Shown here piece by piece: positions 1-8,881 of a stretch of 64,000 nt of DNA (position 1 is the stretch's first letter; every line of letters starts with the position of its first letter). Under the pieces are notes generated by a model. That model was not told the DNA's origin, did not search any database, and saw only the letters and a program-made list of their open reading frames with translations. This DNA comes from an uncultured bacterium (GTDB lineage Bacteria > Zixibacteria > MSB-5A5 > GN15 > FEB-12): contig CBDVDR010000004.1 in assembly GCA_965372795.1 (NCBI GenBank), forward strand, positions 64,001 to 128,000, read 5' to 3'. The position numbers and the translations under genes are program-made.

Positions 1-1421
1 ACATATTTTAATTTCAATAAATATAAAAGATAATTTTCTTTGTCTGTTTGATTTTGCAGTCCAACATAGGTTCTTATCCAATATTTATTTGATGTAAATT
101 TCAATTCCGTTTTGAGACGATGTTTAATATTATCGTTTGATAAGTTGCCAACCAGATTACGTTTATTAAATTTGTTTAGATATTCGATACGAAGTTTAAA
201 TTTATCACCAAGCGGTTTGATAACAGCTGACAAAATCTCAAGATTAAGAGTATCACTGTTAAAGCCACCTACGATTATTGAATTGCTGAATACAAATTTA
301 TTGCTAAAACTATATTTCGATTTTAACATCATTCCTTTTTGATCTGATCGTTTGGTCGAAAGAGAAAAATCTATAGATTCTAAATATAGTGTATGTCGAA
401 GATTAGCTGAATGACTACCGGATGAAATATCAAAAAATTCAGCGCCATAACTCCAGAAAGAATAATTTATTCTATGGTTCTTTCCTGAGATTGACCCTTC
501 ATTCATTAAAGCGAAGGATTTATATTCACCTCTTTGTATAGCAAACTCAAACTGATTGGTGAAATTGTATGTTACAAATTTATAGTTAATTGCGGTTTTA
601 TAATCTTCAATGGCTAATATTGAATCCCTGTTTTTGATTTGATTAAAACCGCCGGTAACAGATATTGAGCTTTTGCTTATATGTTTCTCGAATGAAAGTC
701 CCGCTGTAGACAATCTGAAGTTTTGATCACGTTTGTTGGATGAAAATAAAACAATATTATTATTATTTCGGGAAGCCTTAATAAAAACTCCGTTGCTCCC
801 GCCATAGTCAGGATAATAAAAAGATTCTTCTTCGAATTTACCAGAGTAATCAAGCAGCTTCCCTCGGTATCCCAAAACCGAACCAAGCCCTATTTTACGA
901 TTGTACGAACCTGCTATAAATTCTTTAATAAATGTTTTTTTAGAAAAATATTGAATCGAACGATAAACAAACCTTTCCTTGCCGCTATATTCACGATTAA
1001 GCCGTGTATTCAATTTCCATCCGGAAAAAAATGAATAATCTAATTTTATTCGATAGCGGGAATCTTCGCCTTTACTGATTTTTTGATAATAATTATATTC
1101 AATTTTACCTGAAGTTTCTTTTCTAATTTTAAAATCAGATTTCAAATAACTAAGTTGTTCAAGGTTTGGATCGGGAAGTTGCGATGAGAGGCTGTCTGTT
1201 TTGAATAAAAAATTGGGAAATTCTGAAAGAAGGTGGATATTTTGCTGATTGATCCCTTCTAAAAATATTTCCTGCAATTTATTAAATTGATAAGAGTCAA
1301 TCTCTCCCTGAATTAATGCCTCGAGAAGTTCATCTTCCGAAGGAAAGATGGTAGTAGATAATTGCTGAGCGCCTATCCCTGCTGATAGCCCCCATAAAAC
1401 GATCAGAATGAATAATTTCAA
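1..1421 (-). CDS. Secreted/outer-membrane protein, 3'-truncated by the window edge; resembles ComEA-related helix-hairpin-helix/beta-barrel proteins of FCB bacteria
   Basis: Not in the ORF track, consistent with no stop before position 1. Manual translation from TTG at 1421: MKLFILIVLWGLSAGIGAQQ (signal peptide) ...EDELLEALIQGEIDSYQFNKLQEIF... FIAGSYNRKIGLGSVLG..., still open at the edge (>470 aa). Starts 5 nt after the stop of the sigma54 activator. Confidence 0.75.
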   Translation of the reverse strand, partial: MKLFILIVLWGLSAGIGAQQLSTTIFPSEDELLEALIQGEIDSYQFNKLQEIFLEGINQQNIHLLSEFPNFLFKTDSLSSQLPDPNLEQLSYLKSDFKIRKETSGKIEYNYYQKISKGEDSRYRIKLDYSFFSGWKLNTRLNREYSGKERFVYRSIQYFSKKTFIKEFIAGSYNRKIGLGSVLGYRGKLLDYSGKFEEESFYYPDYGGSNGVFIKASRNNNNIVLFSSNKRDQNFRLSTAGLSFEKHISKSSISVTGGFNQIKNRDSILAIEDYKTAINYKFVTYNFTNQFEFAIQRGEYKSFALMNEGSISGKNHRINYSFWSYGAEFFDISSGSHSANLRHTLYLESIDFSLSTKRSDQKGMMLKSKYSFSNKFVFSNSIIVGGFNSDTLNLEILSAVIKPLGDKFKLRIEYLNKFNKRNLVGNLSNDNIKHRLKTELKFTSNKYWIRTYVGLQNQTDKENYLLYLLKLKY

Positions 1422-1425
1422 AATT

Positions 1426-2850
1426 TTATCTCAAATTATATTTTTTCAACTTTCGATAAAGAGTTCTTTCACCAATGCCAAGCTGTTTTGCTGTCTCTTT
1501 TCTATTTCCGCCTGTTTCTTCAAGTATCTTTTCAATTAATTTATATTCCATATCTTCCATCGACTTGCTGTCATCAACAAGATCGGAGCCACCCTGAATA
1601 TCATCGATTGATGCATCTGCTGGAAGGTGTGACAACAAGAGATCGCGAAGCATCTTAATTTCATTGCCTAATGAAATTATAGCCCGATAGATAAGTTCCT
1701 GTCCGGCTTCATCGGCGGTTTTACCGGTGGCAACCGGAAGATGCGTTGCAGCAGTGTTCTGTTCATCAAGAAAAGATTTAACATCAGCTACCTCGACCAA
1801 ACCTCCATCCGGTTTTAAAGCTATCATACGGTCGGTAAAGTTTTTGAGCTGCCTGATATTTCCGGGCCAGTTATATTTCATCAGTAAATCTAAAGTCGAA
1901 TCAGTATAATCCAGTTTCGGATTATTTTTCCAGAAAAACCTTAAAAGAGGTTGTATATCGCCTATGCGGTCCATCAGAGGAGGAAGAACAATTTTGACCA
2001 CTCCAATTCTAAAGTAGAGATCTTCTCGAAATAAATTTTCTGAGATCGCTTCCCCTAAATCTCTATTTGTAGCCGATACTAATCTGACATCTACTTTTTG
2101 AGCTTCGGATGAACCAACCGGATAATAGGTGCCATCCTCTAAAACTCTGAGAAGTTTTACCTGCATTGCCGGCAGGGTCTCACCAATTTCATCAAGAAGC
2201 ACCGTACCACCATCAGCTTTATGAAAAAGTCCTTCACGTTTTGTGATCGATCCGGTAAAGGCACCCTTTTCATGTCCGAATAATTCTGACTCCAATATCC
2301 CTTCTGAAATTGCACCGCAGTTTACCGCCACAAACGGTTGGCTGCTTCGCTTAGAATGATTATGAATTGCCCTGGCAACAAGTTCTTTCCCGGTGCCGGA
2401 TGCTCCAACAATTAAAACGGCAACATTTGCAGGAGCAATTCTCTCAATTGTCTCAGCAATAGCTTTCATCCTTGAGGATCGGCTTACAATATGATATTCT
2501 TCCAACAATCCTTTGGCATGCAAAATATTTTCTATTTTTTTGAGGATACCCTTCTCACCAAGCTCTATTGAAATCGATCCTTCGATATATTCTTCCTCTG
2601 GTTCATTCACCATATCGGTTTCAATAATTTTCCAAATCTCTGTCAGACCATTGAATCGTCTGATTCTGGTTGATACCGGTTTTTTTAATTCGGGATGAGA
2701 TTCATCAACCAAAATAAGGTCAACATGAGATTCTTTTACAATCTGATAGAGATGCGAAATCTGGGTAACAACCTGTCCGATATTGCTCCATTTTATATTG
2801 GAATTTATCTTTTGGTTTTCACTTATTAATATAACAACCCTATTTACCAT
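1426..2850 (-). CDS. Sigma54-dependent transcriptional activator (AAA+ and Fis-type HTH) with a degenerate receiver-like N-terminus
   Basis: GASGTGKE Walker A, ESELFGHEKGAFTGS, LLDEIGE Walker B, FREDLYFR, WPGNIRQL, C-terminal GNRKETAKQLGIGERTLYRKL. Confidence 0.95.
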   Translation of the reverse strand: MVNRVVILISENQKINSNIKWSNIGQVVTQISHLYQIVKESHVDLILVDESHPELKKPVSTRIRRFNGLTEIWKIIETDMVNEPEEEYIEGSISIELGEKGILKKIENILHAKGLLEEYHIVSRSSRMKAIAETIERIAPANVAVLIVGASGTGKELVARAIHNHSKRSSQPFVAVNCGAISEGILESELFGHEKGAFTGSITKREGLFHKADGGTVLLDEIGETLPAMQVKLLRVLEDGTYYPVGSSEAQKVDVRLVSATNRDLGEAISENLFREDLYFRIGVVKIVLPPLMDRIGDIQPLLRFFWKNNPKLDYTDSTLDLLMKYNWPGNIRQLKNFTDRMIALKPDGGLVEVADVKSFLDEQNTAATHLPVATGKTADEAGQELIYRAIISLGNEIKMLRDLLLSHLPADASIDDIQGGSDLVDDSKSMEDMEYKLIEKILEETGGNRKETAKQLGIGERTLYRKLKKYNLR

Positions 2851-2861
2851 GAGATAATTCT

Positions 2862-5033
2862 TTATCTTTTTCTTCGTTTTCTTCTTGGGAAATTTTTATT
2901 AACAAATTTTTTCTTAACTGCTTTTTTCTCTATCACCGGCATAAGATTTATTTCGCTCTTCAATTTATCTACTGACACAATAATAACTTTGATTTTATCA
3001 CCGAGACGATAAATTTTTTCTGTACGTCGACCAACAAAACGATATAATTTTTCATCAAAATGATAATAATCATCATCAAGTAAAGAAATCCTGACCATCC
3101 CCTCGGCACCAAGTTTATCAAGTTTTACAAAAAAACCATATCCTAACACTCCCGAAATCACACCGGGAAATTCATCTCCAACATGTTGTGCCATAAACCC
3201 AACCTGCTTGACTTTGATTGCCTGTCGTTCAGCTTGCTCGGCTTTTCTTTCAGTCTCTGAACAGTGGGTTCCGATATGATCAATTATACCTTTAATATCT
3301 TTACCTATCGCATGAGGATATTTTCCGTTTTTCAAGCTCCTGAGCAACCGATGCACTAACAGATCAGGGTATCTTCGAATCGGTGAAGTAAAATGGGCAT
3401 AATTATTAAACGCCAAACCAAAGTGCCCAATATTTTTCCTTTGATAAACAGCCTTCTGCATCGAACGAAGCATCAATTCGTTGATTAAATCAACTTCAGG
3501 AACACCTTTGATCTTTTCCAGAAAACGTGAAAATTGGATCGGCTTCATTTCAGGAGAAACCGGAAAACGATAGCCCAACCGTTTCATCATAATTGAGAAG
3601 GCTTCCAATTTTTCCATATCCGGTCGTCCATGGACCCGATAAAGCAAAGGCTGCCCAAGTCGTGAGACCTCTTTTGCCACAGCCCTATTGGCAACCAGCA
3701 TAAATTCTTCAACCAAACGGTGCGATTCAAGCCGTATCCGATGACCCAATTCAATAACTTCACCCTGCTTATTCATAACAATTTTTGATTCGGGCAAATC
3801 AAAATCAAGTGACCCTTCCGAAAAACGTCTTTTTGTCAATAACTGTGACAATTTTCTGGCTGCTATCAGATTCTCTTCCACCCGTTTAATTTTTGGTGGA
3901 GATTCTTTTCCATCAAAAAAATCCTGCACATCTTCATAGGAAAGTTTTGCTTTTGAATTTATGATCGAATCAAATATCTCCCACCGAAGCATATTCCCTT
4001 TTTTATCAAAAAATATATTTATCGAATGAGCCAAACGTCGGCGGTTTACTTTTAATGAACAGATATCATTCGATAAAATTTCAGGAAGCATCGGGATTAC
4101 CATCCCGGGCAGATAAACTGAATTCCCTCTTTTTAAGGCTTCCTTATCGAGAATAGATTTCTCCTGGACATAATATGAAACATCCGCAATATGAACACCA
4201 AGTCGAAACCCGCCAGTAATTTCCTCAACTGAAATAGCATCATCATGATCTTTGGCATCCGAGGGGTCAATTGTGTAAATCATCTCTTTGGTTAAATCTA
4301 CCCGGTCAGCAAGCTGTTCTTTATCAGGAAATTTGGCAACTTTCTCTGCAAAATTTATAACATCTTCAGGAAATTCATTTAGAAGATTATAACTTTTTAA
4401 AATTGTCAGCATATCCACTCCTTTTTGGTGTGGATAGCCCAACCTTTCGGTAATTTTACCTTCGGGATTTAGATGAGGATCATCCCAACAGGTCAATACT
4501 ACTACAACCTTTTCTCCATCCTTGGCATTATTAGATTCTTTGGGAGGGATATAAAGATCGCGGTGTATTTTCTGATTATCAGGACTGACATAATTAAAGG
4601 CTTTGCCTATATGAAAAATCCCAACCAGATTACGATCGGCACGATCTATCACTTTAATCACAGTTCCGGTCTTTCTACCGCTTGTAAAACCACCCAAACG
4701 AACCATGACTTTATCGCCATCCATTGCCGTAAACATCCCGGTTGTAGGGATCATAATATCCTGTTCTTCTTCGTTCTGAGTTGGAACAAAACCGATACCG
4801 TTGCGGTTAACAGAAATTTCCCCAACAATGATATCCATCTCAGAGACCAATCCGATTCTTCCCCGATTTAGTTTAACCAGCTCTCCGGAAAAAATGAGTT
4901 CTTTGACAACCTTGCGAAATTCTGGATATTCCCGTTTTGAGACGGAAAAAGCCTTAGCTAATTCTTTCATCTTCAGTGGATGACTTATTTCAGAACGAAT
5001 GAAATCAAGGATTTTTTTTTGCGTAAAAGGCAT
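2862..5033 (-). CDS. rnr: Ribonuclease R
   Basis: TIDPSDAKDHDDAIS catalytic motif, VHIADVSYYV, HFTSPIRRYPDL, C-terminal S1 domain and basic tail. Confidence 0.96.
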   Translation of the reverse strand: MPFTQKKILDFIRSEISHPLKMKELAKAFSVSKREYPEFRKVVKELIFSGELVKLNRGRIGLVSEMDIIVGEISVNRNGIGFVPTQNEEEQDIMIPTTGMFTAMDGDKVMVRLGGFTSGRKTGTVIKVIDRADRNLVGIFHIGKAFNYVSPDNQKIHRDLYIPPKESNNAKDGEKVVVVLTCWDDPHLNPEGKITERLGYPHQKGVDMLTILKSYNLLNEFPEDVINFAEKVAKFPDKEQLADRVDLTKEMIYTIDPSDAKDHDDAISVEEITGGFRLGVHIADVSYYVQEKSILDKEALKRGNSVYLPGMVIPMLPEILSNDICSLKVNRRRLAHSINIFFDKKGNMLRWEIFDSIINSKAKLSYEDVQDFFDGKESPPKIKRVEENLIAARKLSQLLTKRRFSEGSLDFDLPESKIVMNKQGEVIELGHRIRLESHRLVEEFMLVANRAVAKEVSRLGQPLLYRVHGRPDMEKLEAFSIMMKRLGYRFPVSPEMKPIQFSRFLEKIKGVPEVDLINELMLRSMQKAVYQRKNIGHFGLAFNNYAHFTSPIRRYPDLLVHRLLRSLKNGKYPHAIGKDIKGIIDHIGTHCSETERKAEQAERQAIKVKQVGFMAQHVGDEFPGVISGVLGYGFFVKLDKLGAEGMVRISLLDDDYYHFDEKLYRFVGRRTEKIYRLGDKIKVIIVSVDKLKSEINLMPVIEKKAVKKKFVNKNFPRRKRRKR

Positions 5034-5038
5034 GCTTA

Positions 5039-5067
5039 ATAATATTATTTTAAATTATCATTGTCAA
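5039..5067 (-). promoter_or_regulatory. Sigma70-type promoter of rnr, probably giving a leaderless or near-leaderless mRNA
   Basis: TTGACA-N17-TATTAT on the minus strand; 5 nt between the -10 box and the ATG; no SD. Confidence 0.6.
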
Positions 5068-5121
5068 GCATATCTGGCATAATTGCGCCAGATTGGCAGT
5101 TTTGTTTGATTTTAGGCAAAT

Positions 5122-5146
5122 AAAAAGCCCGCTCAAGCGGGCTTTT
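5122..5146 (-). terminator. Rho-independent terminator after the ECF/Spy operon
   Basis: AAAAAGCCCGC-TCAA-GCGGGCTTTT hairpin. Confidence 0.8.
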
Positions 5147-5184
5147 CCAAAAAAATGCGATTAGGAGGTATCAATGTATATTTA

Positions 5185-5835
5185 TCAGCCGCCAATTTTA
5201 CGGCGAAATTTGAGCTTTTTCATTCCGTGTTCAATTCCTTTAACACCCTTGTTTCCGTGAAGTTCCTTAATTTTTTGAATTTGTTTTTCTGACAAAATCG
5301 AGTTAAATCCATTATGATGTTTATACTTCATTTTAGCCATATTAGCCTTTAAACCGGCTTGTTCATCTATGGCAGAAAAAATATCAGACTCTGAACTATC
5401 ATCTTCATGCTTTAACATTTGTAATTTAGCATTGGCTTTTTGCAGTTCAGCTTTGGCATCAATCATCTCAAGTTTAAATTTGTACTGCATTTCTTTAATC
5501 TGTTTTTGCTGTTTTTCAGAAAGAGCAAGATCTCCCTCTAAAGTATGAAGCATTTTCAGACCAAATCCATCACCACCTCTTTGACCACGATGTCCCCCGC
5601 GATTGCCATGTTTATCACAGCTTCCATAACCGCCACGATCGCCGCAACCACGTCCTCGATCACCGAAAAACTCGCCATGCATTCCAGAGCCGTCAGCTTT
5701 GAAAATGAATTCCTTTATTTCTACATTTCCATCGCTATCAGAATCGCCTGATTTTTCAATCCATTCATGCTGCGCCAGAACCATTCCAGAGAACACTAAC
5801 AAGATTGTCATAGTTAATACGAGTGCTTTTTTCAT
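5185..5835 (-). CDS. Periplasmic Spy/CpxP/ZraP-family protein
   Basis: Signal peptide, Gly/Arg/His-rich linker, LALSEKQ and ILSEKQ (LTxxQ-like) motifs. Confidence 0.8.
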   Translation of the reverse strand: MKKALVLTMTILLVFSGMVLAQHEWIEKSGDSDSDGNVEIKEFIFKADGSGMHGEFFGDRGRGCGDRGGYGSCDKHGNRGGHRGQRGGDGFGLKMLHTLEGDLALSEKQQKQIKEMQYKFKLEMIDAKAELQKANAKLQMLKHEDDSSESDIFSAIDEQAGLKANMAKMKYKHHNGFNSILSEKQIQKIKELHGNKGVKGIEHGMKKLKFRRKIGG

Positions 5836-5854
5836 GATAAATTTCCTTCTATTC

Positions 5855-6481
5855 TTAATTTGAATTATTTTGAGAGTTAAATTGTCTTTGTCTTTTCATC
5901 CCCATGCCTCTTTTTTTTCCGCGCTTCAAATCAAACAATTCTTCAACTGCTCTCATCTCAAACCGTTGTTCAAACACAATGAGTTTACCGACCTGGATCG
6001 GATCCAAAAATCCAGATACTTCGTTGAGAAAATTATTTTTAATTTCAAACTGTTTATTATCGAGTATTCTTATTCTTTCTGTAAAATCAGTAACTTTTGT
6101 CTCGTTAGAATTGCTCTTCTTTAATTCATGCGCCAGAGAGTCTGTCAGGTATATTTTTTCTTGAATTGTTTTTTGTCGGGAGCTGCGAACTTCTTCCATT
6201 TCAGGTATGAATTTCTCTTTTTGTTCATCAGTTAATTTCAAAAATTCAAATAATTTTTTCTTGCGCATTTGATCAAATTTGCGATGTCGCATTTTCATCT
6301 TATCAAAATCCCGACCCGGTCCCGGACCTCTGAAAAACTGAAAATTTGAATCTGCGTCGCTATCATTTTGGGCAAACATCCTATCACAAAACTGGTCAAT
6401 TTCATCGGCTTGTACAGAAAAGGGCAGTAGAATTCCCAGAGATAGAATTGTTATTATCAATATGTTTTTATATTTTCTCAT
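5855..6481 (-). CDS. Second periplasmic Spy/CpxP-like helical protein
   Basis: Signal peptide, LKLTDEQ and FLDPIQ motifs, coiled-coil character. Confidence 0.7.
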   Translation of the reverse strand: MRKYKNILIITILSLGILLPFSVQADEIDQFCDRMFAQNDSDADSNFQFFRGPGPGRDFDKMKMRHRKFDQMRKKKLFEFLKLTDEQKEKFIPEMEEVRSSRQKTIQEKIYLTDSLAHELKKSNSNETKVTDFTERIRILDNKQFEIKNNFLNEVSGFLDPIQVGKLIVFEQRFEMRAVEELFDLKRGKKRGMGMKRQRQFNSQNNSN

Positions 6482-7017
6482 AATAGAATATCCTCAATAT
6501 CAAAATTATCTTCAAGATAATTAATTTCTTCCTCTGAAAGGTAGTTCAAAATCGCTTCATCAGTTTTTGCACTAATATCACCCTCAAACTCATAATAAAA
6601 CTGTTCAATCAGGTCATTTTCATCAGTCAGAAGCTCATTTAATTTTAAAATAGAACTATCAGTCACAGCAAATTGATTGTTTCCTGCAGATTGATTAAAT
6701 TCACCGGTTTTATAGGCTATAAAAGTAACGGAAAAAACCAATATTATTGCTGCTGCCACCGAAAATAATTTATAAATCGGAATTGTCATACCTTTTTTTG
6801 AATTGATCGACTGCTCGATATTCTCAAATATTTCCTCTGTATCTATTGATGGGATGACAAAATCCGAATCATTGCCTAAAAGATTTTTAGAATACTCTAA
6901 TTCTTCATAAAATCCCCGGCAATTTTCACAATTTTTCAAATGATCCAAAATTTCTGAGGGCAGTGCGCCGCTTCCGAAGTTTTCCAACAAAAGCTCTTTA
7001 TTCACATGGCATTTCAT
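6478..7017 (-). CDS. Zinc-binding transmembrane anti-sigma factor
   Basis: HLKNCENC (HxxxCxxC ZAS motif), one TM helix; ATG at 7017 overlaps the sigma stop (ATGA); ORF track start 7026. Confidence 0.85.
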   Translation of the reverse strand: MKCHVNKELLLENFGSGALPSEILDHLKNCENCRGFYEELEYSKNLLGNDSDFVIPSIDTEEIFENIEQSINSKKGMTIPIYKLFSVAAAIILVFSVTFIAYKTGEFNQSAGNNQFAVTDSSILKLNELLTDENDLIEQFYYEFEGDISAKTDEAILNYLSEEEINYLEDNFDIEDILL

Positions 7018-7586
7018 GATCGCCAACCTTTCTCGAGAGCCTGTTTTCTCAATTTTATCACAGCTTCACGGTAATTAGTTTTTACTGTTCCCAAAGCTTT
7101 ATTTGTATAAGAAGAAATTTCTTCGAATGAAAGTTCTTTATAAAACCGTAATTCAAAAATCAATCTTTGTTGTGGTGGAAGGGTTTGCATAAAATCCAGC
7201 ACCGACTCTTTGAGCTGCTTTTTCTCTAAATCCTTATCTGGTTGGATAGCTGTAATTGAATTATTTAGTATATCAGAAGATTCAAAATCATAATCATTGA
7301 CCATACGGGATAAGGTTTTTATAAAATTCAAACTCTTATTTGAAGCGATACGCATGAGCCAGCTGTTGAAACTGCCCTCTCCTCTAAATCTTTTGATATT
7401 CTCCCAGGCAGAAATAAAAGTTTCCTGAGCTAAATCTTTGGCAGAATCTTTACTGCCGGTCATTTTATATGTCAGGGCGATAATACTATTCATTTTAAGC
7501 CTCACTATCTCAGAAAACGCTTCCCGGCTGCCTTCCTTTGCCCGCAGAGCAAGATTGTCGATGTTAGTTTCGAACATTTTCTCCAT
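7014..7586 (-). CDS. ECF RNA polymerase sigma factor
   Basis: DLAQETFISAW and FNSWLMRIASN (region 2); LSFEEIS...LGTVKT (region 4). Confidence 0.93.
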   Translation of the reverse strand: MEKMFETNIDNLALRAKEGSREAFSEIVRLKMNSIIALTYKMTGSKDSAKDLAQETFISAWENIKRFRGEGSFNSWLMRIASNKSLNFIKTLSRMVNDYDFESSDILNNSITAIQPDKDLEKKQLKESVLDFMQTLPPQQRLIFELRFYKELSFEEISSYTNKALGTVKTNYREAVIKLRKQALEKGWRS

Positions 7587-7643
7587 TCTGTTTCCACTTA
7601 TATGACAACCAGAAGATAAAATAGATTAATAATTTCAGGAAAT

Positions 7644-7669
7644 AAAAAAAGCCGGAGAATTCCGGCTTT
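7644..7669 (-). terminator. Terminator after mreB
   Basis: AAAAAAAGCCGGA-GAAT-TCCGGCTTT. Confidence 0.8.
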
Positions 7670-7692
7670 GTAACTTCTTTTTGAGAATGAAC

Positions 7693-8721
7693 TTAATCTC
7701 GCTTGCTTTTTTCCAATACCTGAACATAATCGTTAAAATTTTCAAGTACTTTGCCGGTTCCACGAGCAACACAAGTCAGCGGGTCTTCAGCGATATTGAC
7801 CGGTAGATTTGTTTCCTGACGTAATCTTTTATCCAAACCGCGAAGCAGTGCTCCACCACCGGTTAAAATAATACCCCGTTCTAAAATATCGGAAGCCAGT
7901 TCCGGCGGAGTTCTTTCAAGTGCCTGGCGAACGGCTTCAATAATAATATCGATTGTCTCTGAGAGTGCCTCACGAACCTGCACTGATGAAAGCTTCAGAT
8001 TTTTTGGTACACCGGCAACAAGATCCCGTCCGCGAATATCCATCGAGATTTCTTTTTCCAATGGAAAAGCTGACCCAATATTTATTTTAATTTCCTCAGC
8101 TGTCAATTCACCGATCAGAAGATTATAATTTTTCTTGAGATACATTATGATTGCGTCACTTAACTCATCACCGGCGACACGAATAGAAGTATCATTTACG
8201 ATTCCATTAAGAGCAATCACAGCAATTTCTGAAGTCCCGCCCCCGATATCAATAATCATTGAACCGGAAGGTTGATCAACTGGAAGTCCAACCCCGATTG
8301 CCGCTGCCATTGGCTCAGGTAACAAATATACTTCACGGGCTCCGGCATTTTCAGCCGAGTCGCGAACAGCGCGTTTTTCTACTTCGGTAATTCCCGATGG
8401 TACCGAGATTACAACTCTTGGTTTCATCAGTAGTTTATTTTTAACTACCCGGCGGATAAAATCTGCAATTAATTTTTCAGCTATATCAAAGTCGGCAATT
8501 ACTCCATCTTTTAGAGGCCGAATAGCTTCAATAGTACCCGGGGTACGGCCAGTCATCTCTTTTGCTGCTGAACCGATAGCGAGTGTTTTACCGGTAGATT
8601 TTTCAATTGCAACTACAGACGGCTCATTTAGAACAATCCCCTGATTCCTTACATAGACCAGAGTATTAGCAGTGCCAAGGTCAATACCAATGTCATTGGA
8701 AAGTAAATTAAAGAATGCCAA
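7693..8721 (-). CDS. mreB: Rod shape-determining protein MreB
   Basis: [42 protein letters not shown] start. Confidence 0.97.
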   Translation of the reverse strand: MAFFNLLSNDIGIDLGTANTLVYVRNQGIVLNEPSVVAIEKSTGKTLAIGSAAKEMTGRTPGTIEAIRPLKDGVIADFDIAEKLIADFIRRVVKNKLLMKPRVVISVPSGITEVEKRAVRDSAENAGAREVYLLPEPMAAAIGVGLPVDQPSGSMIIDIGGGTSEIAVIALNGIVNDTSIRVAGDELSDAIIMYLKKNYNLLIGELTAEEIKINIGSAFPLEKEISMDIRGRDLVAGVPKNLKLSSVQVREALSETIDIIIEAVRQALERTPPELASDILERGIILTGGGALLRGLDKRLRQETNLPVNIAEDPLTCVARGTGKVLENFNDYVQVLEKSKRD

Positions 8722-8774
8722 GTTAATTCCTTTTAACGTTTACCATTTATCTTAGAGTGGATCCTATATCTTAT

Positions 8775-8801
8775 ATATCGAATCACACTAGTAATAGTTT
8801 A
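8775..8801 (-). promoter_or_regulatory. Weak sigma28-like promoter candidate upstream of mreB
   Basis: TAAA-N15-TTCGATAT on the minus strand (two mismatches in the -10 box). Confidence 0.3.
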
Positions 8802-8825
8802 CTTTTTTAGTATAAAAAGGGCAAT

Positions 8826-8853
8826 AAAAAAAGTGGCTAAAGCCACTTTTTTT
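8826..8853 (-). terminator. Terminator after maeB (symmetric)
   Basis: AAAAAAAGTGGCT-AA-AGCCACTTTTTTT. Confidence 0.8.
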
Positions 8854-8881
8854 ACTGAATATTGTATTTCGTCTTGTAATA

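Noticed and set aside
5072..5110. Sigma54 -24/-12 promoter (TGGCA-N7-TTGA) and TCTGGC/GCCAGA hairpin near the rnr promoter
   Set aside because: The -12 element lacks the invariant GC and points away from rnr, with no plus-strand gene downstream.
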